From positions 1,740,001 through 1,772,000 of the forward strand of contig NZ_CP066018.1 in assembly GCF_016127575.1 (NCBI RefSeq): a stretch of 32,000 nucleotides of DNA. Direction: 5' to 3'. The DNA comes from Cupriavidus necator (GTDB taxonomy: Bacteria > Pseudomonadota > Gammaproteobacteria > Burkholderiales > Burkholderiaceae). Shown piece after piece: positions 17,544-24,192 of the stretch. The first letter of the stretch is position 1. The number at the start of each line of letters is the position of its first letter. A program made the translations under genes and the position numbers. The notes below the pieces were generated by a model. That model was not told the DNA's origin, did no database searches, and saw only the letters and a program-made list of their open reading frames with translations.

Positions 17544-18244
17544 AGCCCGGTCATGCAGATCTTCTGGAACTGCCGCGGCGCATCGCCGTCGCCCATGCGG
17601 GCGAAGATGGTCAGTTCCACCGCGCGCACCGCGGTGTTGGGCAGCGCGGCGCCGGGCGCGGAGGCGGCCACGGCGCTGGCGGCGTTGCCTGTGAACAGCA
17701 CGTTGCGGATGCGCCCGCTGTCGGCCTGCCAGCCGGCGGGCTCCACCCATGCGCGCGTGCTGATGCCGTCCACGTCGGCCAGCACGCGCCGCACCTGCGC
17801 GGTGTTGCTGCCGCCCTGGCGCAGCGCCAGCAGGGCCGACTGCAGGCCGGCGCGGCTGTTCACCGGCGGCGCGGCCACGCGCACCAGGGTATTGCCGTCG
17901 AGCTGGTACGACAGCGCCTGCCAGGTCGGCGGCTGGCCTTCGTCGCGGCGGTCGCGCACCAGCAGCAGCCGGTTCTGGCCGATCTCGACCGGGCTGGCCT
18001 GCAGCAGCGTGGGGTTGGCCAGGTGCTCGCAATCGGCCTGGAGCTGGCCGTAGAGCACCTTCAGTGCGTCCAGGCGCGCATCGTGGTCGGTGAGGCGCTC
18101 GCGGCTGCGCGTCAGGCTGTCCAGCGCGCGCCAGCCGATCACCGCCATCACCGCCAGCAGCGTGATGGCGACCAGCATCTCCAGCAGCGTGAAGCCGCCG
18201 GGCTGGCGCTGGCGGCGGCGCTCAGAGCACGTTGCGGGTTTCAT
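17540..18244 (-). CDS. gspJ: Type II secretion minor pseudopilin GspJ
   Basis: Prepilin-type N-terminal motif GGFTLLEMLVAITLLAVMAVIG. 234 aa, positioned between gspI and gspK. Confidence 0.75.
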   Translation of the reverse strand: MKPATCSERRRQRQPGGFTLLEMLVAITLLAVMAVIGWRALDSLTRSRERLTDHDARLDALKVLYGQLQADCEHLANPTLLQASPVEIGQNRLLLVRDRRDEGQPPTWQALSYQLDGNTLVRVAAPPVNSRAGLQSALLALRQGGSNTAQVRRVLADVDGISTRAWVEPAGWQADSGRIRNVLFTGNAASAVAASAPGAALPNTAVRAVELTIFARMGDGDAPRQFQKICMTGL

Positions 18245-18644
18245 TGGGGACTATGGTGACCAGCCATGCCAGGCGTACGGACTTGTCCGTGGCGGACGGG
18301 TAGACCGCGATCTCGACGCGGCGGAAAACGGGATTGGGCGTGCCCGAGACGGCTTGCTCGCAATACAGCGGCGTGCCGCCCTGCGGGCAGGCATAGCCGC
18401 TGACGCCGGGCTCGGGCCAGGTCTTGGCCAGGCGCAGCGCGGCCAGGTGGTTCTCGGCGCTCCACTCGGCCAGCATGCGCGCCTGCAGCGACGCGCTGGC
18501 ATCGACCATCGAGCCCATCGCGCGCATCGCCGCGGTCAGCGCGACCGCCAGGATGGTCAGCGCCACCAGCACTTCGATCAGCGTGAAGCCGGCGTGGCGC
18601 CCGCGCCGGGCCGGCCGGGGCAAAGCGCGAGGGCAGGGTTTCAT
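18222..18644 (-). CDS. gspI: Type II secretion minor pseudopilin GspI
   Basis: Prepilin motif AGFTLIEVLVALTILAVAL. 140 aa. The ATG overlaps the gspH stop (ATGA). Confidence 0.8.
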   Translation of the reverse strand: MKPCPRALPRPARRGRHAGFTLIEVLVALTILAVALTAAMRAMGSMVDASASLQARMLAEWSAENHLAALRLAKTWPEPGVSGYACPQGGTPLYCEQAVSGTPNPVFRRVEIAVYPSATDKSVRLAWLVTIVPNETRNVL

Positions 18645-19141
18645 GGCGTGCTGGCGAAATAGCGGCCGCTGCCGTCGCCGGCAATGTCCACGCGGATATC
18701 GCCGCGCACCAGGATCAGCCGCTGCGGGGCATCGATCAGCTCGCGCCCGAAGATCAGCCGGGGCGGGCTGCTGGTGCCGGTGCTGCGGCCCCCTTCGGCG
18801 ACGATGACCTGGTCCAGCGCCAGGCGCCAGTGGCCCGGGGCAAACACGTCGGTACGCATGGGGATCCAGCCGTTGGGGGTCGATTCCAGGAAGCGCCAGC
18901 CGCTGGCATCGCCCTCCCAGGCGAGCGGGCGGGCGCCAAGCTGCGCCTCCTCCTGCGCCAGCTCGAACAGCCGCGCGATGCGCTGGCCGTCGTCGAGCAC
19001 GCGGCTCCGTTCATTGGGCGAGGCGTTGACCGCCACCAGCGAGATCACGATGCCGGCGATCACCATGACCACCAGCAGCTCGAGCAGCGTAAAGCCGCGG
19101 CGCCGGGGGCCGGGCGCGCGGCGGCGCGGCGCCGTGGTCAT
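18641..19141 (-). CDS. gspH: Type II secretion minor pseudopilin GspH
   Basis: Prepilin motif RGFTLLELLVVMVIAGIVISL. 166 aa. Confidence 0.8.
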   Translation of the reverse strand: MTTAPRRRAPGPRRRGFTLLELLVVMVIAGIVISLVAVNASPNERSRVLDDGQRIARLFELAQEEAQLGARPLAWEGDASGWRFLESTPNGWIPMRTDVFAPGHWRLALDQVIVAEGGRSTGTSSPPRLIFGRELIDAPQRLILVRGDIRVDIAGDGSGRYFASTP

Positions 19142-19170
19142 GGTTGCAGGGGGCGGCGGCGGGGCTGGGC

Positions 19171-19638
19171 TTATTCCCAGTTGCCGATGTCGGCGTCGTT
19201 GCCGTTGCCGCCGGCCTGGCCGTCGGCGCCGAAGCTGAACACGTCGATCTCGCCGCGCACGCCCGGGTTCAGGTACTGGTACGGATGGCCCCAGGGATCC
19301 TTGGGCAGCTTTTCCAGGTAGCCGCCGCCCTTCCAGTTGTTGGGCACGGGCTCGGTGGTGGGCTTGGCCACCAGCGCGGCCAGGCCCTGCTCGGTGGTGG
19401 GGTAGCGGCTGTTGTCCAGGCGATACAGCTTGAGCGCCTGCATGACCGACGAGATGTCCTGGCGCGCGGCCACGATGCGGGCCTCGTCCGGACGGCTCAT
19501 GATCTTGGGCACCACCAGCGCCGCCAGCACGCCAAGGATCACGATCACGACCATGATCTCGATCAGGGTGAAGCCGCGCGCACGGCGGGCACGCACGGAA
19601 CGGGCGGGGCTGGCAATCTGGGGAGTGAATCTGCGCAT
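19171..19638 (-). CDS. gspG: Type II secretion major pseudopilin GspG
   Basis: RGFTLIEIMVVIVILGVLAALVVPKIM, then DISSVMQALKLYRLDN and KDPWGHPYQY, which are hallmark GspG motifs. I placed the start at the ATG at 19638 (MRRFTPQ) because it has an AAGAGG SD about 10 nt upstream. The track ORF extends 120 nt further without support. Confidence 0.92.
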   Translation of the reverse strand: MRRFTPQIASPARSVRARRARGFTLIEIMVVIVILGVLAALVVPKIMSRPDEARIVAARQDISSVMQALKLYRLDNSRYPTTEQGLAALVAKPTTEPVPNNWKGGGYLEKLPKDPWGHPYQYLNPGVRGEIDVFSFGADGQAGGNGNDADIGNWE

Positions 19639-19815
19639 CGTCGGTGGACCTCTTGGCTTGAATGGCTGGGCCCGCACCGGTGAGGGGGCGTCGGGCCGGG
19701 TTCGCCAGTCAGTATAACCGGCGCCACATGACTGTTTTATGGGCGGCCCCTTCGGCACCTCGGCAAAGTCTGATCCGGATCACAGTTACTAAGAACTGGC
19801 ATCCGGCAGTCAAAT

Positions 19816-19838
19816 AACTTGCATCCTGGATGCATCTT
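19816..19838. promoter_or_regulatory. Candidate NsrR operator (11-1-11 inverted repeat) upstream of nsrR
   Basis: AACTTGCATCC-T-GGATGCATCTT. The core TGCATCC-T-GGATGCA is a perfect palindrome (19820-19834). The half-sites match my recollection of the enterobacterial NsrR consensus AAGATGCATTT-n-AAATGCATCTT at 7/11 and 9/11. It ends 18 nt before the nsrR ATG and overlaps a second palindrome, CATCTT-TTTT-AAGATG (19833-19848). Confidence 0.5.
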
Positions 19839-19856
19839 TTTTAAGATGGCGTCACG

Positions 19857-20309
19857 ATGCAACTGACCCGCTTTTCCGACTATGCGTTGCGCCTGCTGAT
19901 GTACGTCGCCCGTGGCGACGGCAGCCGGCCGATCACCATTGCCGAGGTGGGGCAGCAGTTCGGCATCTCGCACAACCACCTCGTCAAGGTGGCGGCGCGG
20001 CTGTCGAAGCTGGGCTGGATCAGTGCCACGCGCGGCCGCCACGGCGGCCTGCAACTGGGCCCCGGCGCCGAGCGGCTGACCATCGGCACCATCCTGCGCG
20101 AGCTGGAAGGGCACAAGGCGGTGATCGACTGCGACAACCCGCCCTGTGCGCTGAACGGCAACTGCCGCCTGAAGCGCGCGCTGGACGTCGCCGAGCAGGC
20201 CTTCTACCTTGCCCTGGACGACGTCACGCTGGCCGATGTCACCGGCAGCCAGACGGCCGAGTCGATCATCCGCCTGCATCGCGATTTCCTGAACCGGCGT
20301 TCGGCCTGA
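19857..20309 (+). CDS. nsrR: Rrf2-family NO-sensing transcriptional repressor NsrR
   Basis: The N-terminus MQLTRFSDYALRLLMYVA is the Rrf2 wHTH. Three Cys with C-x4-C-x5-C spacing (CDNPPCALNGNC) match NsrR cluster ligands. The gene is adjacent to a flavohemoglobin gene. Confidence 0.85.
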   Translation: MQLTRFSDYALRLLMYVARGDGSRPITIAEVGQQFGISHNHLVKVAARLSKLGWISATRGRHGGLQLGPGAERLTIGTILRELEGHKAVIDCDNPPCALNGNCRLKRALDVAEQAFYLALDDVTLADVTGSQTAESIIRLHRDFLNRRSA

Positions 20310-20328
20310 GCGGATCCTGTCCGTGCGG

Positions 20329-20352
20329 GCCGGCGAGAGCCGGTTTTATTTT
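20329..20352 (+). terminator. Weak rho-independent terminator after nsrR
   Basis: A short stem (G)CCGGC-GAGA-GCCGG followed by TTTTATTTT, 20 nt after the nsrR stop. Confidence 0.35.
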
Positions 20353-20359
20353 GAGCAAA

Positions 20360-20382
20360 AACATGCATTTAATTTGCATGAT
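20360..20382. promoter_or_regulatory. Candidate NsrR operator upstream of hmp
   Basis: AACATGCATTT-A-ATTTGCATGAT. The left half matches the recalled consensus AAGATGCATTT at 10/11. The outer CATGCA-N7-TGCATG is palindromic (20362-20380). The site lies in an AT-rich stretch 20 nt upstream of the hmp ATG. Confidence 0.6.
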
Positions 20383-20402
20383 TTAAAACGGAGTGTTTCC
20401 TG

Positions 20403-21623
20403 ATGCTGTCCGCCGCTTCCCGCCCCTATATCGATGCAAGCGTCCCCGTGCTGCGCGAGCACGGCCTGGCCATCACCACGCATTTCTACCGCGAGATGTT
20501 CGCGGACCGGCCCGAGCTGACGCAGATGTTCAACATGGGCAACCAGGCCAACGGCAGCCAGCAGCAGTCGCTGGCTTCGGCCGTGTTCGCCTATGCGGCC
20601 AATATCGATAACGCGGCGGCGCTGGGGCCGGTGCTCGAGCGCATCGTCCACAAGCATGCGGCCGTGGGCCTGACGCCTTCGCACTACCCGATCGTCGGCC
20701 GCCACCTGCTGGGCGCCATCTCCGCGGTGCTGGGCGAGGCCGCCACGCCGCCGCTGCTGGCCGCCTGGGACGAGGCCTACTGGTTGCTGGCCGGCGAGCT
20801 GATCGCCGCCGAGGCGCGCCTGTACCAGCGCACCGGCGTGGCCGCCGGCGAGCTGACGCCGGTGCGCGTGGTGCGGCGCGAGGCGCAGGGCGACCAGGTG
20901 GTGGCGCTGACGCTGGCTGCCGCTGACGGCCAGCCGCTGCGTGCGTTCCGCCCAGGCCAGTACATCAGCGTCGAGGCGCACCTGGACGACGGCCAGCGCC
21001 AGCTGCGCCAGTATTCGCTGTCTGCCGAAAGCGGGCTGCCGACCTGGCGCATCTCGGTCAAGCGCGAGGCCGGCGACCGCGCCACCCCGGCCGGCGCGGT
21101 GTCCAACTGGCTGCACGCCAATGCCCAGGAGGGCACTGAACTCAAGGTGAGCGCGCCGTTCGGCGAGTTCACGCCGGCGCTGGACGGCCGCCGTCCGCTG
21201 GTGCTGCTGTCGGCCGGCATCGGCATCACGCCGATGCTGTCAGTGTTGCGCACGCTGGCCGCGCAAGGCTCGCAGCGCCAGGTGCTGTTTGCCCATGCCG
21301 CGCGCGACGGCCGCCACCACGCCCATCGCGCCGACCTGCAATGGGCGCGCGAGCGCCTGCCGCAGCTGGCCACGCACATCAGCTATGAAACCCCGCAAGC
21401 GGGCGACGTCGCCGGTCGCGACTACGACCACGCCGGCACCATGCCGGTGGCCGAACTGCTGCGCCAGCATGACCTGCAGCGCTTTGTCGACGGCAGCTTC
21501 TACTTGTGCGGACCGCTCGGCTTCATGCAGGCGCAGCGCCATGCGCTGGTCAGCGCAGGCGTGCCGGTGGCGCATATCGAGCGCGAGGTGTTCGGGCCGG
21601 ACCTGCTCGACGACCTGCTCTAA
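20403..21623 (+). CDS. hmp: Flavohemoglobin (nitric oxide dioxygenase)
   Basis: 406 aa. The globin residues sit at canonical positions (Tyr29, Gln53, His85 by my count). FAD motif RQYSLS, NAD(P)H motif SAGIGITPMLS, C-terminus EVFGPDL. It aligns by eye with the Alcaligenes eutrophus FHP sequence as I recall it. ACGGAG SD lies upstream. Confidence 0.92.
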   Translation: MLSAASRPYIDASVPVLREHGLAITTHFYREMFADRPELTQMFNMGNQANGSQQQSLASAVFAYAANIDNAAALGPVLERIVHKHAAVGLTPSHYPIVGRHLLGAISAVLGEAATPPLLAAWDEAYWLLAGELIAAEARLYQRTGVAAGELTPVRVVRREAQGDQVVALTLAAADGQPLRAFRPGQYISVEAHLDDGQRQLRQYSLSAESGLPTWRISVKREAGDRATPAGAVSNWLHANAQEGTELKVSAPFGEFTPALDGRRPLVLLSAGIGITPMLSVLRTLAAQGSQRQVLFAHAARDGRHHAHRADLQWARERLPQLATHISYETPQAGDVAGRDYDHAGTMPVAELLRQHDLQRFVDGSFYLCGPLGFMQAQRHALVSAGVPVAHIEREVFGPDLLDDLL

Positions 21624-21737
21624 GGGGCGGCGGCGCGGCACCGGCACGGCAGACAGTGTCATGGGGCTCTGGTACGCTTGGCGCGTCTGCGCTCACGCGC
21701 CATTGCCCGCCTTGTGGGTATCCAGGGTCCCGATCCC

Positions 21738-22439
21738 ATGCAACTGTCCCTCCGGCCTTCGCTCCGCTTCGATGCCTCCGCGCCCTGGCTGCCGCGCCTG
21801 GCCAGCCTGGTGCTGTTTATCGCGCTGTGTGCGCTCGCCACCTACTGGGTGCTGACCTTCAGCGCGATGCGTACCATCCCGGTGCCGCAGAGCGCGCGCG
21901 TGGCCCAGACCGAGGCGGTCGAGACCGGCGCGGTCGCGACGCTGTTCGGCGGCTCGGCGCAGGGCGGCCCGCGCGACGTGCAGCTGATCGGCGTGGTGGC
22001 CGAGGTGGATGGCGGCGCGGGCGCGGCAATCGTTTCGATCGATGGCGGCCCGCCCAAGGCGGTGCGCGCCGGCGCCGAGCTGTCGCCGCAGATCCGGCTG
22101 GCGGAGATCCGCCAGCGTGCGGTGGTGATCGAGCGCAGCGGCGTGCGCCAGGAAATCGTGCTGCCGCTGCAGGCCGGTGCCACGCGCGGCGCACCGGCAG
22201 CGGCCGGTGCCTTGCCCACGCCGCCCGCCGGCGCCGCGGCACCGATGGCAACGCCGATGCCGCCCCCGGCACCGGTGGTGAGCCAGCCCGCCGCACCGGC
22301 CCAGCAGCCGCAAGGCCAGGCGCCAGCGCAGCAGGCCCAGCCCGCCCAACCGCAGCCGCAACCGGTCGATCCGCGCCAGTACCAGCCGGCGATGGCGCCG
22401 CAGGCGGCCGGCGAAGGCCAGCTGGCGCCGAAGGACTGA
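21738..22439 (+). CDS. gspC: GspC-like type II secretion protein (TM anchor + HR/secretin-interacting domain, no PDZ)
   Basis: TM helix WLPRLASLVLFIALCALATYWVLTF, followed by LFGG...VQLIGVVAEVDGGAGAAIVSIDGGPPKAVRAGAELSPQIRLAEIRQRAVVIERSGVRQEIVLP, which resembles the T2SS-C homology region. The tail is Pro/Ala/Gln-rich. The start is uncertain: TTG 21678 in the track, ATG 21738 chosen here. Confidence 0.6.
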   Translation: MQLSLRPSLRFDASAPWLPRLASLVLFIALCALATYWVLTFSAMRTIPVPQSARVAQTEAVETGAVATLFGGSAQGGPRDVQLIGVVAEVDGGAGAAIVSIDGGPPKAVRAGAELSPQIRLAEIRQRAVVIERSGVRQEIVLPLQAGATRGAPAAAGALPTPPAGAAAPMATPMPPPAPVVSQPAAPAQQPQGQAPAQQAQPAQPQPQPVDPRQYQPAMAPQAAGEGQLAPKD

Positions 22440-22445
22440 TTCCGG

Positions 22446-22462
22446 GCGCGAAATATTCGCGC
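22446..22462 (+). terminator. Weak hairpin after gspC-like gene
   Basis: GCGCGAA-ATA-TTCGCGC followed by the T-rich TTGCTTGCGTTCCCTT, 7 nt after the stop. Confidence 0.3.
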
Positions 22463-22591
22463 TTGCTTGCGTTCCCTTACGGCGCGCGGGCCTTTCTGTG
22501 AGCCCGGTAACATCGTATTAAAAGCGCCAACTTCCCCGCATCGTCTGCGTTCTAATCCGTACATGCCAAACGTGATGAAAAGGAGCAAGAC

Positions 22592-23197
22592 ATGCAACGC
22601 AATCACAAGCCGCAGATCCTGAAGCAGTTCCTGGCCGCATCGGCCGCCCTCCTGGTCGCCGGTGGCGCATTTGCCCAGGCCAGCGCCCCGGCACCATCCG
22701 CTGCGCCAGCCGGCAAGCCCGGCATGGGTCACCACCAGCACCACGGTGGCGGCATGTGGATGAAGGCAATCGATACCGACGGCGATGGCGCGATCTCCAA
22801 GGCGGAAGCCGACGCCTGGTTCAACAAGCTCGACACCAACCGCGACGGCAAGATCGACAAGGCCGAGATGGACGCGCACCGCAAGGCCACCATGGCCGAG
22901 CGCCATGCGCGCATGCAGGCAGCGTTCGACGAGAAGTTCAAGGCTGCCGACAAGAACGGCGACGGCGCGCTGACCAAGGCTGAGGCCAACGCCGGCCTGC
23001 CGCGCCTGGCCAAGCGCTTCGACCAGCTCGACGCCAACCGCGACGGCAAGCTGACCCGCAACGAAATCCGCGCCGGCATGGAAAAGATGCACCGCGACCA
23101 TTCGCACCGCGGCGACCGCGGCCCGCGTGGCCAGGCGGCACCGGGCAGCCAGCCGGCGCCCGCGGCACCGGGCGCCCCGTCCACCAGCGGCGGCTGA
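22592..23197 (+). CDS. Secreted/periplasmic EF-hand calcium-binding protein with His-rich segments
   Basis: Signal peptide ending AGGAFA/QA. Four canonical 12-residue EF loops: DTDGDGAISKAE, DTNRDGKIDKAE, DKNGDGALTKAE, DANRDGKLTRNE. AAAGGAG SD at 22578-22584. Confidence 0.8.
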   Translation: MQRNHKPQILKQFLAASAALLVAGGAFAQASAPAPSAAPAGKPGMGHHQHHGGGMWMKAIDTDGDGAISKAEADAWFNKLDTNRDGKIDKAEMDAHRKATMAERHARMQAAFDEKFKAADKNGDGALTKAEANAGLPRLAKRFDQLDANRDGKLTRNEIRAGMEKMHRDHSHRGDRGPRGQAAPGSQPAPAAPGAPSTSGG

Positions 23198-23241
23198 CCG
23201 GCCAGGCAGGGCCGCGCCAGCGGACCTTGCCAGGCCTCACC

Positions 23242-23279
23242 AAGCGCGCGAGCCTTAGGGTTCGCGCGCTTTTTCTTTG
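23242..23279 (+). terminator. Rho-independent terminator after EF-hand gene
   Basis: AAGCGCGCGA-(10 nt)-TCGCGCGCTT followed by TTTTCTTT. Confidence 0.65.
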
Positions 23280-23363
23280 CCTGTTCGCCTTGTGCGCGCA
23301 CTGGGAAGAATCTGACCTCGCCCGCAAACGCCCGTAGAATGCCGCTTCCCTGTTTGCCGGGCT

Positions 23364-23378
23364 TGGCACCATCCTTGC
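23364..23378 (+). promoter_or_regulatory. Sigma54 (-24/-12) promoter-like motif
   Basis: TGGCAC-CATCC-TTGC is an exact match to the core TGGCAC-N5-TTGC. It lies in the 400-bp intergenic region and points toward the Lrp-like gene about 220 nt downstream. Confidence 0.35.
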
Positions 23379-23526
23379 CTGCTTCCGGCCGGCGGAGCGC
23401 GCGGCCGCGATTTGCGGTGGCGCCACCCCACAGGTCTGCCCAGCCCGACCGGCTGCCGCGCGAGTGACCGATAAGGCTACCGGCTCATCAGAATCGGCCC
23501 TGAATCGGACGTAATTTCACAAAAAA

Positions 23527-23555
23527 TTGCGTACTTGTGCACGGCTTGCTAAATT
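23527..23555 (+). promoter_or_regulatory. Sigma70-like promoter for the Lrp/AsnC gene
   Basis: TTGCGT-N17-TAAATT in an AT-rich stretch, about 45 nt upstream of the GTG start. This is pattern match only. Confidence 0.3.
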
Positions 23556-23600
23556 TGCGCAAAAAAATTGCCAATAAACATATTGCGGAGCAACAATATC

Positions 23601-24095
23601 GTGAGCAAGGTGGAGTTGGACAAGATCGACCGGAAGATCCTGGAAGTGCTGCAGACCAACGGCCGGTTGACCAACCTGGAGGTGGCCGAGCGCGTCAACC
23701 TGTCGCCCAGCCCCTGCCTGCGCCGCATCCGGCGGCTGGAGGAGATCGGCGTGATCCGGCAGTACGCAGCGCTGCTGGAGCCCAACAAGATCGGACTTGG
23801 CCTGCTGGCCTATATCAATGTCCGGCTGGAAAAGCATGGCGGCGCGCCCAAGGGCAAGGCTCCGCTGGACCTGTTCCGCGCCTCGATCGCGGTCTGGCCG
23901 GAGGTGGCCGCGTGCCACGCCATGACCGGCGAGATGGACCTGCTGCTCAAGGTCTACGTGGAAGACATGGAACACTTCGCGCGCTTCATGCAGGAGCAGT
24001 TGCTGGCGCACCCGTCGGTGATCGACGTGCGCTCCAGCTTTGCGCTGGAAAGCATCAAGGACACCACGGCGCTGCCGGTGGGCGGCGCGGCTTGA
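23601..24095 (+). CDS. Lrp/AsnC family transcriptional regulator
   Basis: LDKIDRKILEVLQTNGRLTNLEVAERVNLSPSPCLRRIRRLEEIGVIRQY is the HTH_AsnC motif, followed by an AsnC_trans_reg-type ligand domain. I favour the GTG at 23601, with a GCGGAG SD 10 nt upstream, over the track TTG at 23568. Confidence 0.85.
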   Translation: MSKVELDKIDRKILEVLQTNGRLTNLEVAERVNLSPSPCLRRIRRLEEIGVIRQYAALLEPNKIGLGLLAYINVRLEKHGGAPKGKAPLDLFRASIAVWPEVAACHAMTGEMDLLLKVYVEDMEHFARFMQEQLLAHPSVIDVRSSFALESIKDTTALPVGGAA

Positions 24096-24122
24096 TACGG
24101 CGAACCTGAGGCCGCAAACAAG

Positions 24123-24149
24123 AACGGCGCATCGTTGCGATGCGCCGTT
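24123..24149. terminator. Hairpin between convergent lrp-like and GNAT genes
   Basis: AACGGCGCATCG-TTG-CGATGCGCCGTT (12-bp stem). A T-rich run (CTTGTTTG) follows it on the minus strand. Confidence 0.55.
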
Positions 24150-24192
24150 GGCGTGGAACCCGCATTGAGCGGGCCCGGGGAGTTCAGCGGAC

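Noticed and set aside
23339-23467. A 42-codon + strand ORF (MPLPCLPGLAPSLPASGRRSARPRF...) in the EF-hand / lrp intergenic region.
   Set aside because: There is no SD, the composition is Pro/Arg-rich, and it overlaps the sigma54-like motif. It is more likely non-coding.
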